In this document: piece by piece, positions 1 through 10,577 of the stretch | Numbering within the stretch: position 1 is the first letter of the stretch | How the letters are laid out: the number at the start of each line of letters is the position of its first letter | Source: Candidatus Omnitrophota bacterium | Lineage (GTDB): Bacteria; Omnitrophota; Gorgyraeia; VGKH01 | NCBI GenBank assembly: GCA_022703055.1 | Contig: JAKLEP010000001.1 | Coordinates: 410,850 to 474,849, forward strand | Direction: 5' to 3' | DNA: 64,000 bases | Program-made: the position numbers and the translations under genes | Notes under the pieces: generated by a model | The model's database searches: none | What the model was told of the DNA's origin: nothing | What the model saw: the letters and a program-made list of their open reading frames with translations, nothing else

Positions 1-678
1 TTGATAGAAAAACAAGGGATTTATATTTACAAATATTTCGGTATGGCCGTAGGAGTTATTATTCCTTTGTCTATAGCATTTAGATTCGAGCTGACCAAAA
101 ATTGGGAATTGCTTTTCTTCGTTTTGATGCTTTTGTTTATATTTCTATTGCAATTTTCCAGGAGAGAAGAAACTCAGGCAGTTGTCAGTATCTCCACGAC
201 GGTATTCGGTATCCTTTATGTTGCTTGGCTCTTTAGCTTTGTCATAAAGTTAAGATTTTTGCCTTTTGGAGCTGGTTTGGTAGCAGCTATAGTTTTGATT
301 ACTAAAGCTGGCGATATCGGAGCATACCTTATTGGTTCGCGCTGGGGCAAGAGGGCCTTGATCCCCAGAATCAGTCCTAAAAAAACAATAGAGGGGGCTA
401 TCTCTGCATTGGCTTTTTCCGTTTTGGCGGCGCTCGCCAGTAAATCATTTTTGCCGGAGAAAGCAGTGTTTTCCAATATGCATTTGATTGCCATGGGTTT
501 ATTTTTTGGAATCCTGGGTCAGCTGGGAGATTTATCCGAGTCATTGATAAAACGCAGCTGCCAGGCTAAGGATTCTGGAGGAATTTTCCCCGGCCTTGGC
601 GGAGTTTTAGATGTAATAGACAGTCTTTTGTTTACTATCCCAGCTTTTTATGTCTATATGAGTACGGTGTTAGCATGA
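1..678 (+). CDS. cdsA: Phosphatidate cytidylyltransferase (CdsA family); may be 5'-truncated by the window edge
   Basis: Multi-TM protein. The C-terminal CDS signature is SLIKRSCQAKDSGGIFPGLGGVLDVIDS. Canonical cdsA-dxr-rseP synteny. The ORF starts at window position 1 with TTG, so the true start is uncertain. Confidence 0.8.
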   Translation: MIEKQGIYIYKYFGMAVGVIIPLSIAFRFELTKNWELLFFVLMLLFIFLLQFSRREETQAVVSISTTVFGILYVAWLFSFVIKLRFLPFGAGLVAAIVLITKAGDIGAYLIGSRWGKRALIPRISPKKTIEGAISALAFSVLAALASKSFLPEKAVFSNMHLIAMGLFFGILGQLGDLSESLIKRSCQAKDSGGIFPGLGGVLDVIDSLLFTIPAFYVYMSTVLA

Positions 679-1814
679 AAAACATAGCAGTTTTAGGATC
701 GACTGGATCAATAGGGCAAAATACTTTGGATATTGTCTCTGAATTTTCCGACAGACTTAGAGTTATGGGCTTAAGCGCCTATAATAATATAGGTTTATTG
801 AGAAGCCAGATTAAGAAGTTTAATCCTGAATTTGTCGCCATAAGAAAAGATAATATCCCGGTTTTAAAAAGAGATCTTGATAGCAGGGTTAAGATTTGTG
901 ATACCAATTCCGGGCTTAAGAATATGATTGCATCAAAAGACATCGATTTGGTAGTGGTGGCAATTTCCGGAAGCGGCGCCCTCGAATCGGTTTTGGAAGC
1001 AATCAGACAGAAGAAAACCGTTGCACTGGCTAATAAAGAAGCTTTGGTGATGGCTGGTTCCATCATTATGCGAGAGGCGAGAAAAAATAACACCCAGATT
1101 ATCCCTATTGACAGCGAACAAAGTGCGATATTCCAATGCCTTCAGGATAGAAATAAGAAGGAATTAAGAAAGATTTATCTTACTGCTTCGGGCGGGCCTT
1201 TGGTTGACGCTTCTCCAAACAGATTAAAAAACATATCAGTAAGAGAAGTCTTAAAGCATCCAAGGTGGAAAATGGGCAAGAAGGTTACAGTAGATTCAGC
1301 TACGCTAATGAATAAAGGCCTTGAGTTGATTGAGGCCATGTGGTTATTTGATGTGAGTGTGGATAAGATAGAAATTTTGATTCATCGCCAGGCGATTGTC
1401 CATTCCATGGTAGAATTCATTGATGGCTCGATTATCGCTCAGCTAGGCGTCACTGACATGAGACTTCCTATACAATATGCTTTGACTTATCCGGCGCGCT
1501 GGCAAGGAGTATTAAAATCTTTAGATTTCAGGAGCCTGAATCTTGCGTTTGAAAAACCAGACTTTGATAAATTCCCTTGCCTTAAGCTGGCTTATCAGGT
1601 AGCAAGAGCCAAGGGCACCGCGCCTTGCGTTTTAAATGCGGCCAATGAAATAGCGGTTGAGGCTTTCTTGGAAGAGAAGATAGATTATCTGGATATCTAT
1701 AGGATTATCAAATCAGTTTTATCTAAACACAGGGTTTTAAAGAATCCGAGCTTAAAAGAAATTATCTCGGTAGACAAATGGGCCAGAGAAGCCGCTAAAA
1801 AACTAATAAATTAA
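675..1814 (+). CDS. dxr: 1-deoxy-D-xylulose 5-phosphate reductoisomerase
   Basis: N-terminal NADPH motif LGSTGSIGQNTLDIV. Full-length Dxr-like sequence (LANKEALV, DSEQSAIFQC, HPRWKMG). 4-nt overlap with cdsA. Confidence 0.95.
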   Translation: MKNIAVLGSTGSIGQNTLDIVSEFSDRLRVMGLSAYNNIGLLRSQIKKFNPEFVAIRKDNIPVLKRDLDSRVKICDTNSGLKNMIASKDIDLVVVAISGSGALESVLEAIRQKKTVALANKEALVMAGSIIMREARKNNTQIIPIDSEQSAIFQCLQDRNKKELRKIYLTASGGPLVDASPNRLKNISVREVLKHPRWKMGKKVTVDSATLMNKGLELIEAMWLFDVSVDKIEILIHRQAIVHSMVEFIDGSIIAQLGVTDMRLPIQYALTYPARWQGVLKSLDFRSLNLAFEKPDFDKFPCLKLAYQVARAKGTAPCVLNAANEIAVEAFLEEKIDYLDIYRIIKSVLSKHRVLKNPSLKEIISVDKWAREAAKKLIN

Positions 1815-1818
1815 AGCT

Positions 1819-2904
1819 ATGTCATTTTTGATATTTATAATCGTAATAAGTATTTTAATCGTAATCCACGAATTCGGTCATTTTATCGTGGCTAAATCTT
1901 TAGGAATTAGAGTGGAGAAGTTCGTCTTAGGATTTGGCCCGCAGCTTTTGACCAAAAAACGAAATGATACAGAATACGCAATAGCCCTTATTCCTTTTGG
2001 TGGATATGTCAAAATGTCGGGCGATACCCCGGATGAATTTAGAGGCAACAAATGGGAATATTTTTCTAGACCTCCGGGACAGCGGGCTAAAATAGTCTTA
2101 TTTGGTCCGGTGCTGAATTATGTTTTGGCTTTTGTATGTTTTTGCCTGGTATTTTTTATTGGCTTTCCAACACTTGGCACAGAAGTTGGAGAATTAATGG
2201 ACGGCTTCCCAGGTAAAGAAGCAGGGCTTCTGTCCGGAGATAAGATAACAAATATTGACGGCAAGAAAGTTAATAATTGGGAAGAGCTGCAGAAGATAGT
2301 ATTCAATAAAAAAGAAGGCAAGCTAGATTTAATTATTTTAAGGGCGAATAAGGAAATTAAAATATCTATTTTGCCCAAAAGAGATACAGTTAAGAACATA
2401 TTCGGGCAAGAAGAAAAGGTCAGCTTAATCGGGATAAAACCCAAAGAAGAATTTGTCCAGATAAAATACCCTTTAGGACGGTCAATCGTTGAGGGGGCCA
2501 AGAAGCTGTTGTCCATGACGGGTCTTACCTATAAAGCTTTATATATGATGCTAACTGGCGGCATGTCTTTCAAAGAATCTGTTACCGGTCCGCTGGGGAT
2601 GTTTTTCATTACCAGTAAGGCCATGGAAGAGGGGATAGCTTATTTAATTTATGTCATGGCAATATTAAGCATGAGCCTGGCGATATTTAACCTGATTCCT
2701 TTTCCTGTTCTTGACGGAGGACATCTATTTCTTTTGGCTTTGGAAAAGATACGCGGGAAAAGATTGTCGCAAAATATAGACGATTGGATTAATAGGGTAG
2801 GATTAGGGCTTATCGTTTTTATGGCGTTATTTGTTTTTTATAATGATTTGATTAGATACGGTATAATCGATAAAATCGTAGGTTTTGTAAGTAATATTAA
2901 GTAG
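1819..2904 (+). CDS. rseP: Site-2 (RIP) zinc metalloprotease RseP family
   Basis: HEFGHFIVAK (HExxH) in TM1, one PDZ-like segment, C-terminal NLIPFPVLDGGH motif. Confidence 0.9.
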   Translation: MSFLIFIIVISILIVIHEFGHFIVAKSLGIRVEKFVLGFGPQLLTKKRNDTEYAIALIPFGGYVKMSGDTPDEFRGNKWEYFSRPPGQRAKIVLFGPVLNYVLAFVCFCLVFFIGFPTLGTEVGELMDGFPGKEAGLLSGDKITNIDGKKVNNWEELQKIVFNKKEGKLDLIILRANKEIKISILPKRDTVKNIFGQEEKVSLIGIKPKEEFVQIKYPLGRSIVEGAKKLLSMTGLTYKALYMMLTGGMSFKESVTGPLGMFFITSKAMEEGIAYLIYVMAILSMSLAIFNLIPFPVLDGGHLFLLALEKIRGKRLSQNIDDWINRVGLGLIVFMALFVFYNDLIRYGIIDKIVGFVSNIK

Positions 2905-2912
2905 GGAGCAAT

Positions 2913-4307
2913 ATGGACCTAAAAATGAAGTCTATAAAACACGACACTATATGGCGTAAATTCTTATTGTCAGCTGTATTGATGTCGTTATTGCCAATAC
3001 TTCTTTTGCTTTACATAGTTTACTTTATTACCACTCCGCGCGAAGAAATTAACACTACTCAGATAAGATGGTTGATATTCTGGATCATGTGTTCTGCCAT
3101 GGCCGGGTTCTGGATCACTAAGAATATGGTGAGATCTTTTATCCAACTATCACAAGGTTTCAAGAAGGTGGCAAACGGCAACTACTCTGCAAAGCTAGAA
3201 AAAACCGACGAGGCAGGCGAGATCGATGAGCTTTCCAAAGCCTTCAATAAGATAACCTCAAGGTTGGAAGACAATATCCGCGAGCTGCAGAGATCCAAAA
3301 GGATGATACAAGATATCCTTTCCCGCGTGGGCAAGGCAGTCGCATCTTTTCAGGATATAGACAAATTCTTAGAGCTCATAGTTTTTACGACTATTGAAGC
3401 TATCGGAGCCAAAAACGGGAAATTGATGTTGACCGATGAAGAGCAAAAAGAATTAACTACCAAGATATCTTTCGGTCAAGAGCAGATACAGGATCATATA
3501 ATAAAATCAGGAGAAGGTCTGTTGGGCGCGGTTTTAAAAAAGGGTAGGCCGGCATTATTATCTAAAGCTGAAAGCGGATATGGGATGAGCGTCATCAGCG
3601 TTCCTCTCGTTTATAGCAATAGAATAAACGGAATTATTGTATTAAATGATAAAATAGATTCCAAAGATTTCTCCGAAGACGATTTATTTATTCTTAGCGA
3701 CTTGGCTAGCCACATTTCTATCGCTCTTGAGAATTATCGCTTAAGCCTGGATGTTGAGAAGACTTATATTGAAACTATCAACGCTCTTGCCATGGCGGTT
3801 GATGCCAGGGATCCTTACACAAGAGGCCATAGCAAGCGGGTCGGAGAATACTGCGAAAGAATCGCCAAAGAATTTGGTTTGGATAATGAAACTGTAAAGA
3901 TGCTTAAAGACGCTAGCATCGTACACGACATTGGCAAAATCGGAATACCCGATGAGATTTTACGTAAAACCACGCCATTAACCGAGGATGAAGTTAAGCT
4001 CATACAGCAGCATCCTTTGATAGGAGAAAATATTTTGCGGCCGATCAGATCCTTCGAGAAGTTGCGCCATTTGATTCGCTTGCATCATGAGAGGCTTAAT
4101 GGCTCGGGCTATCCAGAAGGCTTAGCTGGGAAAGACTTATCTTTGCCGCTTAAGATAATGATTGTGGCAGATGCCTTTGATGCCATGACTTCAAACAGGC
4201 CTTATCGGCAGGCAATGAGCACATTACAGGCAAAACAGGAATTACAGAAATATTCCGGCTCTCTCTTTGACAAAGAGGTAGTAGACAAGTTTGTTGAAAT
4301 AATCTAA
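2913..4307 (+). CDS. Membrane HAMP-GAF-HD-GYP domain protein (putative c-di-GMP phosphodiesterase)
   Basis: Two N-terminal TM segments, a HAMP-like coiled region and a GAF-like middle. HD-GYP signatures: HDIGKIGIP and HHERLNGSGYPEGL. Confidence 0.85.
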   Translation: MDLKMKSIKHDTIWRKFLLSAVLMSLLPILLLLYIVYFITTPREEINTTQIRWLIFWIMCSAMAGFWITKNMVRSFIQLSQGFKKVANGNYSAKLEKTDEAGEIDELSKAFNKITSRLEDNIRELQRSKRMIQDILSRVGKAVASFQDIDKFLELIVFTTIEAIGAKNGKLMLTDEEQKELTTKISFGQEQIQDHIIKSGEGLLGAVLKKGRPALLSKAESGYGMSVISVPLVYSNRINGIIVLNDKIDSKDFSEDDLFILSDLASHISIALENYRLSLDVEKTYIETINALAMAVDARDPYTRGHSKRVGEYCERIAKEFGLDNETVKMLKDASIVHDIGKIGIPDEILRKTTPLTEDEVKLIQQHPLIGENILRPIRSFEKLRHLIRLHHERLNGSGYPEGLAGKDLSLPLKIMIVADAFDAMTSNRPYRQAMSTLQAKQELQKYSGSLFDKEVVDKFVEII

Positions 4308-5365
4308 TGGAATATAAACGTAGAAAAACTAGGATCATTAAAGTAGGTGATATTCGGATTGGCGGTAACAGTCCTATCTCTATCCAGGGGATGACGAAGA
4401 CCGAGACCAAGGATATCACGGCGACAGCGAATCAGATAAACCGCTTAAAAGAAATCGGAGCTGAGATTGTCAGAGTCGCCGTTAAAGATATCCAAGATGC
4501 TAAGGCGATAAAAATCATCAGAAGAAAAACCGATGCGGCTTTAGTCGCAGATATACATTTTAATTATCAATTTGCGATTGAAACGATAAAGAATGGTATA
4601 GATAAAATCAGGCTTAATCCGGGAAACATTTTTGATAGCAATCAAATAAAAGAGGTAGTGGCTTGTGCAAAAGAACACAGGATTCCCATCAGAGTGGGAG
4701 TAAATTCAGGGTCGGTTAGAAAGACAAGCGGCTCACTGGTTAATTCGATGGTTAAAAGTGCCCTGGATTATATAAAAATTTTAGAAAAATTAAGGTTTTT
4801 TGATATCGTGGTTTCTCTGAAGGCTTCGGAAGTGAATGATACCATCAGTGCTTATGAAAAATTGGCCAAGCTTTGCGATTATCCGTTTCATTTAGGCGTG
4901 ACCGCTACCGGGCCATTGCTACCTGGCACTATCAAATCAACGCTAGCCATTGGATCGTTGCTTGAAGAAGGTATCGGAGATACTATAAGGGTTTCCTTGA
5001 CTAGCAGGCCGGAAGATGAAATAATGGTTTCTAAGGAGATATTGCAATCATTGGGATTAAGAAATTTCTATCCTGAGATCGTGAGCTGTCCGACGTGCGG
5101 TCGCTGCCAGATAGACTTAATAAAGATTGTGAATTTAATCAAAAATAAAGTGGATGCTTTGCCTTCAAGAAATAGCAGGCTAGCGAGTAAAAAGATTGCT
5201 CTAATGGGCTGTATCGTTAATGGACCGGGCGAGGCAAAACAGGCGGATATGGGTGTTGCCTTTACTCGAAATTTAGCGCTTTTATTTAAAAAAGGAAAAG
5301 TTATCAAAAAGGCTTCGCAGAAGGATTCGATTAATTTTATTCTTAAGCAATTAGAAAAAGGATAG
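4307..5365 (+). CDS. ispG: 4-hydroxy-3-methylbut-2-en-1-yl diphosphate synthase
   Basis: GcpE-like sequence with Fe-S cysteines CPTCGRCQIDL and MGCIVNGPGEA. Confidence 0.95.
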   Translation: MEYKRRKTRIIKVGDIRIGGNSPISIQGMTKTETKDITATANQINRLKEIGAEIVRVAVKDIQDAKAIKIIRRKTDAALVADIHFNYQFAIETIKNGIDKIRLNPGNIFDSNQIKEVVACAKEHRIPIRVGVNSGSVRKTSGSLVNSMVKSALDYIKILEKLRFFDIVVSLKASEVNDTISAYEKLAKLCDYPFHLGVTATGPLLPGTIKSTLAIGSLLEEGIGDTIRVSLTSRPEDEIMVSKEILQSLGLRNFYPEIVSCPTCGRCQIDLIKIVNLIKNKVDALPSRNSRLASKKIALMGCIVNGPGEAKQADMGVAFTRNLALLFKKGKVIKKASQKDSINFILKQLEKG

Positions 5366-5369
5366 AGAT

Positions 5370-6626
5370 ATGTTTTGGTCAAAAGCATTTATTCCCACTT
5401 TAAAAGAGGCACCTCAGGATGCGGAGGCAATAAGTCATAAGCTTTTATTTAGGGCCGGAATGATCCGCATGCTTACTTCCGGTGTCTATATTTATCTTCC
5501 TTTAGGATTGATGGTCTTGGACAGGATAGAGTCGATAATTAGGGAAGAGATGAATGCTGCCGGAGCCCAAGAATTACTGTTATCATGCATTCAACCTTTG
5601 GAATTATGGAAGAAAACCGGTAGAGACGAGCAGTTGGCAGATATTATGATTCGTTTCGAGGACCGTCGGGGAAGAAACTTGTGCCTTGGTCCTACCCACG
5701 AAGAGGTAATTACGGAATTGGTGAAAAATCACGTAAATTCCTACAGGCAATTACCGGTTGTGCTATATCAGATTCAGACCAAGTTTCGCGACGAGATTCG
5801 TCCGCGCTTCGGCCTTATCCGTGCCTGCGAATTTGTAATGAAGGATGCCTATAGTTTTGACCGCGACCAGAAGGGATTGGAGAAGAATTATGAGGCGATG
5901 TTTACAGCCTATAAGAATATATTTATGCGCTGCGGGATCAAATTCTTGATTACCGAGGCAGATTCCGGAGTTATGGGCGGAAGTGTTTCGCACGAATTCA
6001 TGGTTCCGGCTCAAAGTGGAGAAGATATAGTCTTGTTTTGTAAAAAGTGTAATTTTGTAAAGACTTTAACCGAAGACAAACAAGAGAATTGTCCTCGTTG
6101 CAATACCGCTTTAGAGAAAAAACAGACCATAGAGGTAGGTCATGTTTTTCAATTAGGGACAAAATATAGCAAAGCACTGGGTGCTAATTTTCTTGATGAA
6201 AAAGGCCAGCAGCAGACGATTATCATGGGTTGTTACGGAATTGGCGTAAGTAGATTAATCTCTGCCATTATCGAGCAAAATAACGACGAGGACGGGATTA
6301 TATGGCCGCGAGAAATCAGTCCGTTTGATGTATTGGTGCTTCCTGTTCAGTCATCGAATAAAGAAGTAATGGATTTGGCTAAGAAATATTACAGCGAGCT
6401 TGTAAAGAAAGGTGCAAAAGTTTTGCTTGATGATAGGGAAGGCACGGCCGGAGTAAAATTTAAAGATGCAGACTTGATCGGCATCCCATTAAGGATTAAT
6501 ATCGGCGAAAAAAATCTTCAGAATGGCAAGGTTGAGATAAGCCTACGACGAGAAAAGAAGATAAATTTAGTGGATAAAAATAAGGTTGTGAGCGAAATTA
6601 TGAATCTTCTAAAGAAAGGTGCTTAG
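5370..6626 (+). CDS. proS: Prolyl-tRNA synthetase, bacterial type but without the INS editing domain
   Basis: Class II motif 2 FRDEIRPRFGLIRACEFVMKDAYSF and motif 3 GCYGIGVSR. Only 418 aa. A CxxC-x15-CxxC segment sits where INS normally lies. Confidence 0.9.
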   Translation: MFWSKAFIPTLKEAPQDAEAISHKLLFRAGMIRMLTSGVYIYLPLGLMVLDRIESIIREEMNAAGAQELLLSCIQPLELWKKTGRDEQLADIMIRFEDRRGRNLCLGPTHEEVITELVKNHVNSYRQLPVVLYQIQTKFRDEIRPRFGLIRACEFVMKDAYSFDRDQKGLEKNYEAMFTAYKNIFMRCGIKFLITEADSGVMGGSVSHEFMVPAQSGEDIVLFCKKCNFVKTLTEDKQENCPRCNTALEKKQTIEVGHVFQLGTKYSKALGANFLDEKGQQQTIIMGCYGIGVSRLISAIIEQNNDEDGIIWPREISPFDVLVLPVQSSNKEVMDLAKKYYSELVKKGAKVLLDDREGTAGVKFKDADLIGIPLRINIGEKNLQNGKVEISLRREKKINLVDKNKVVSEIMNLLKKGA

Positions 6627-7083
6627 GACAATGAATGCATACATCGACAAAATAAAAGAATTGGTAACTCCTTTATTGGAAAACAAAGTTATTGATTTGG
6701 TGGATCTGCATATCCAGCGAGATAGAAAAAAGGTCACCTTAAAGTTTCTGGTCGACAAACCAACCGGAGGCATAAGCCTTGAGGAGTGCGTTAAATTAAA
6801 CGAAGAAATCGGCCAAATCTTGGAGAACCAGGATTTTATCCAGGAAAGTTTTGTTCTAGAGGTTTCCTCTCCTGGACTAGACCGTCCGCTTATGACCATA
6901 AAAGATTTTATCAGGGCAATAAACAAAGATGTTATAATGTTCCTAAAGGAAAAAATTCAGGGCAAGCTTGAGTTAAGCGGAAGAGTTATTGCTGCTAAAG
7001 ACAATATTATATTTCTCGATATTCAGGGTCAGCAGGTAGAAGTACCTTTGGAAAAGATAAACAAAGCAAAATACATATTTTAA
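6619..7083 (+). CDS. rimP: Ribosome maturation factor RimP
   Basis: LEVSSPGLDRPL motif and rimP-nusA-infB synteny. The start could be the ATG at 6631. Confidence 0.85.
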   Translation: MLRTMNAYIDKIKELVTPLLENKVIDLVDLHIQRDRKKVTLKFLVDKPTGGISLEECVKLNEEIGQILENQDFIQESFVLEVSSPGLDRPLMTIKDFIRAINKDVIMFLKEKIQGKLELSGRVIAAKDNIIFLDIQGQQVEVPLEKINKAKYIF

Positions 7084-7097
7084 TCAAAGAGGAAAAT

Positions 7098-8315
7098 ATG
7101 AACGGCGAACTAATTGCAATACTTGAACAGATCGAGCGCGACAAAGGCATAGACAAGGACGTGCTGCTTCAGGCTGTAGAATCAGCTTTGGTTAGCGCTG
7201 CCAAAAAGGTTTGGAAGGATGTAGACCCCGAGGCAGAAATCAAGGTAGAGCTTGATAAGGAAACAGGAAAGATCCGTGCCTTTGCCGGCAATAAAGAGAT
7301 AAAATCCAAGGATTTTGGGCGCATCGCTGCCCAGACGGCCAAGCAGGTTATCATACAGAAAATCCGCGAAGCGGAAAAGGACGTAATCTTTGGCGAATTT
7401 CAAGGTAGGGTCGGACAGATTGTTAGTGGTAGCGTTTATAGATTCGAACGAGGCAATATCATTGTCGATTTGAATAAGACTGAAGGATTTATTCCTAAAA
7501 GCGAACAGTCAGCCAAGGAAGAATTCCATCAGGGCGAGCGTATCCGCGCTTATGTTATCGATGTAAAAAAAGAATCTAAGGGCCCGCAGATAGTTCTTTC
7601 GCGTACGCATCCGAATTTGGTAAGGAAATTATTTGAACTTGAGGTTCCGGAAATTTACGAATCCATCGTTGAGATAAAATCGATTGCCCGCGAAGCGGGA
7701 GAACGCACAAAGATTGCGGTTTGGTCAAAGGATGAAAAGGTTGATTGCGTGGGTGCCTGTGTAGGAATGAGAGGCCAACGGGTAAAGAATATCGTCTTAG
7801 AATTGCACGGTGAGAAAATTGATATTGTGCGTTGGTCAGATGATAACAATGATTTTGTAGTCGCGGCTTTAAGCCCGGCCAAGATTCAAAAAATATCTTT
7901 TGATAAAGAGGCTCATCGGGCTCAGGTGATTGTCCCTGAAGACCAACTTTCTTTAGCCATTGGAAAACACGGACAGAATGTCAGGTTGGCATCAAAACTG
8001 ACAGGATGGGAGCTCGATATCCGCACTGAAGAAACCAAAGAAGAAAAGGAACCCAAAGAGCTAAAAGAGCCGAAAGAGAAAAAAGAGAAGAAAGAAAAAA
8101 GAGAAACCAAGAAAACTCTCGAGTTAACTTCGCTTACCGGCGTAGGAGCAAAGCTTGCAGAAAATCTAAAAGAGGCAGGTTTTGATAGCCTGGAGAAGAT
8201 AGCCGGATCAAATGCTGAGGAACTTTCTAAGATTAAGGGCCTAGGAAAGAAAAAGGCCGAGAATATAGTTAAAGAGGCGGGTAAGCTTGTTGGAGAGGAT
8301 GAGAAAGAGGGTTAA
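7098..8315 (+). CDS. nusA: Transcription termination/antitermination factor NusA
   Basis: S1 and KH regions (GACVGMRGQRVKNI), a KE-rich linker, then a C-terminal HhH-like segment. Confidence 0.95.
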   Translation: MNGELIAILEQIERDKGIDKDVLLQAVESALVSAAKKVWKDVDPEAEIKVELDKETGKIRAFAGNKEIKSKDFGRIAAQTAKQVIIQKIREAEKDVIFGEFQGRVGQIVSGSVYRFERGNIIVDLNKTEGFIPKSEQSAKEEFHQGERIRAYVIDVKKESKGPQIVLSRTHPNLVRKLFELEVPEIYESIVEIKSIAREAGERTKIAVWSKDEKVDCVGACVGMRGQRVKNIVLELHGEKIDIVRWSDDNNDFVVAALSPAKIQKISFDKEAHRAQVIVPEDQLSLAIGKHGQNVRLASKLTGWELDIRTEETKEEKEPKELKEPKEKKEKKEKRETKKTLELTSLTGVGAKLAENLKEAGFDSLEKIAGSNAEELSKIKGLGKKKAENIVKEAGKLVGEDEKEG

Positions 8316-10570
8316 TGCGTGTCAACGAATTAGCTAAAGAATTGAAGGTTTCTAATCAGGAACTTTTAGATAAACTTAAAAGTTTGGGTGTAAAAGTCCA
8401 GACTTCTACGAGTATTGTTCCCAAAGAGGCGATTGACTTGTTGAAAAAAGGACCCAAAAAGACTAAGCCGGCGACTAAGGAGAAGCCTAAATCAAAGCCA
8501 AAACTAAAAGTTGCGGCCAAGAAACCTATTGTTAAAGAGAAAAAAGAAAAGCCAGTTCTCAAGGTTAAGGCAGTAAAAAAAGAAGTCAAGGTTAAAGAGA
8601 CTCCATCTGTTGCTATAGTAAAAGAGCCGTCAGCTACTCCACCCCCAGCAGTAAAGCCAGCTCCGATAAAGGAAATCAAGCCGGTTCCGGCGAAAGTCCT
8701 GAAGCCCGCAGTGATTAAAGAGAGAAAACCTTTCATTAAAGAAGCAAGGCCTGTGCCGGCAAAGGAAATAACGCCTCCGGCTGCGGAAATAAAACCTCCT
8801 TCTAGAGAAATCGAGATAAATATACCTATCACTGTGAAAGATCTGTCAGTCAAGCTGGGAGAAAAACCGAATGTCATTATTTCCAAATTGATAAAAATGG
8901 GGATTATGACTACGATCAACCAGCCCTTAGATGAAGCAACGGTTACTAAAATAGCCCCAAATCTTAATTTTGCTTTTCGTAAAACCTTGACCGAAGAAGA
9001 AAAACTGATTAGCGAGCATGAGATGGTTGAAGATAAGGCGCTTTTGTCTTGGCGCCAGCCGGTAGTTACCTTTATGGGCCATGTCGATCACGGCAAGACC
9101 TCACTTCTTGATACTATAAGAAAAACCAAGGTCGCCGAGAAAGAGCACGGAGGAATTACCCAACACATCGGCGCTTACGAAGTCAAAATTAATAAAGGCA
9201 AGATTACTTTCCTGGATACGCCGGGCCATGAGGCTTTTACCGCCATGAGGGCAAGAGGCGCTAATATCACCGATATAGTTGTTTTAGTTGTAGCTGCCGA
9301 TGAAGGCGTTATGCCTCAGACAGTAGAGGCATTAGATCATGCAAAAGCCGCAGGCGTGCCGATTATTGTTGCATTAAATAAGATCGACAGGCAGCAGGCA
9401 GATGTAGACAGCGTGAAAAAACAGCTCGCCGAATTAAATCTTTTAGCCGAAGATTGGGGAGGTAAGACTGTTGTCGCCGGAGTATCGGCTAAGACAGGCC
9501 AGGGCATAGATAATCTTCTTGAGATGATACTTCTTGAGGCGGAATTATTGGAGCTAAAGGCCAATTATAATAAAAGGGCATCAGGCGTAGTTGTAGAAGC
9601 TCAGCTGACCAAGGATAAGGGCCCTATCGCTACTTTAATCGTTAAGAATGGCGTGTTGAAGAAATCAGATATAGTTATAGCCGGAACGCATTATGGAAAA
9701 ATTAAAGCTTTATTAAATGATAAAGAACAGCCGATAGAGCAAGCCAATCCCGGGATGCCGGTTGAAATTCTTGGCCTTTCCGGAGTACCCGAGGCAGGAG
9801 AGCAATTTTTAGTCACCGAAGATGAGAAAAAGGCTAAAGAGATTTGCGCTAAGCGGCAGGAGATACAGAAACAAAAGCAGATGCAGCCAATCCAGAGAAT
9901 CAGTCTTGAAGATTTATATGCACAGGTTAAAGAAGGGAAAGTCAAAGAGTTAAGCATCATTATCAAGACCGATGTCCAAGGTTCTCTAGAAGCGCTGAAA
10001 GATTCGCTGGAAGAGTTGTCGACAAAAGAAGTAAAGCTTGTGACGATACATACAGGTATCGGCTCTATTAATAATTCCGATGTGGTCTTAGCAGCGGCGT
10101 CGAACGCGGTAATTATCGGTTTCCACGTTGAAATTGAGTCACAGGCTAAGGAAATGGCGGAAAAAGAAGGCGTGGATGTAAGAACATACAGGATAATATA
10201 CGATGCCACTAATGATATCAAAGCTGCTTTGGAGGGATTATTAGAGCCAAAGATAAAGAAGAAATTTATGGGCAGAATAGAAATCAGGCAAGTTTTTAAG
10301 CTATCCTCGAGGTCTGGAAACGTTGCCGGTTGTTTTGTCCAGAAGGGCAGAGTAGTACGTAATGCCGTAGCCGAACTCTTGCGTAACGGCCAAGTCATTT
10401 ACGAAGGCCAGCTTTCAAGTTTGAAGAGATTTAAAGATGATGTCCGGGAAGTAGAAGAAGGTTTTGAATGCGGGCTCACTTTAAGTAATTTTGATGATTA
10501 CAAGCAAGGTGATATAGTTCAGGTTTATGAAATAGAAAAAATCGCCAGGAAGTTGAAGGAGGAAGCTTAA
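8315..10570 (+). CDS. infB: Translation initiation factor IF-2
   Basis: G domain motifs [20 protein letters not shown] and NKID. Lys/Pro-rich N-terminal region. Confidence 0.95.
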   Translation: MRVNELAKELKVSNQELLDKLKSLGVKVQTSTSIVPKEAIDLLKKGPKKTKPATKEKPKSKPKLKVAAKKPIVKEKKEKPVLKVKAVKKEVKVKETPSVAIVKEPSATPPPAVKPAPIKEIKPVPAKVLKPAVIKERKPFIKEARPVPAKEITPPAAEIKPPSREIEINIPITVKDLSVKLGEKPNVIISKLIKMGIMTTINQPLDEATVTKIAPNLNFAFRKTLTEEEKLISEHEMVEDKALLSWRQPVVTFMGHVDHGKTSLLDTIRKTKVAEKEHGGITQHIGAYEVKINKGKITFLDTPGHEAFTAMRARGANITDIVVLVVAADEGVMPQTVEALDHAKAAGVPIIVALNKIDRQQADVDSVKKQLAELNLLAEDWGGKTVVAGVSAKTGQGIDNLLEMILLEAELLELKANYNKRASGVVVEAQLTKDKGPIATLIVKNGVLKKSDIVIAGTHYGKIKALLNDKEQPIEQANPGMPVEILGLSGVPEAGEQFLVTEDEKKAKEICAKRQEIQKQKQMQPIQRISLEDLYAQVKEGKVKELSIIIKTDVQGSLEALKDSLEELSTKEVKLVTIHTGIGSINNSDVVLAAASNAVIIGFHVEIESQAKEMAEKEGVDVRTYRIIYDATNDIKAALEGLLEPKIKKKFMGRIEIRQVFKLSSRSGNVAGCFVQKGRVVRNAVAELLRNGQVIYEGQLSSLKRFKDDVREVEEGFECGLTLSNFDDYKQGDIVQVYEIEKIARKLKEEA

Positions 10571-10577
10571 ATCTAAG

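Noticed and set aside
8030-8110. Repetitive AAAGA/GAAAA-rich DNA in nusA, and Lys/Pro-rich periodic sequence in infB (8450-8830)
   Set aside because: These are in-frame low-complexity protein linkers (KE-rich, KP-rich). They are not CRISPR, tandem-repeat or regulatory DNA.
8356-10398. Long minus-strand ORFs (8356-8919, 9337-9564, 9691-10398) antisense to infB
   Set aside because: They fully overlap a well-supported IF-2 gene. Their translations are low-complexity (S/T/F/G-rich) mirror images of the Lys/Glu-rich sense frame, with no RBS and no recognisable family.
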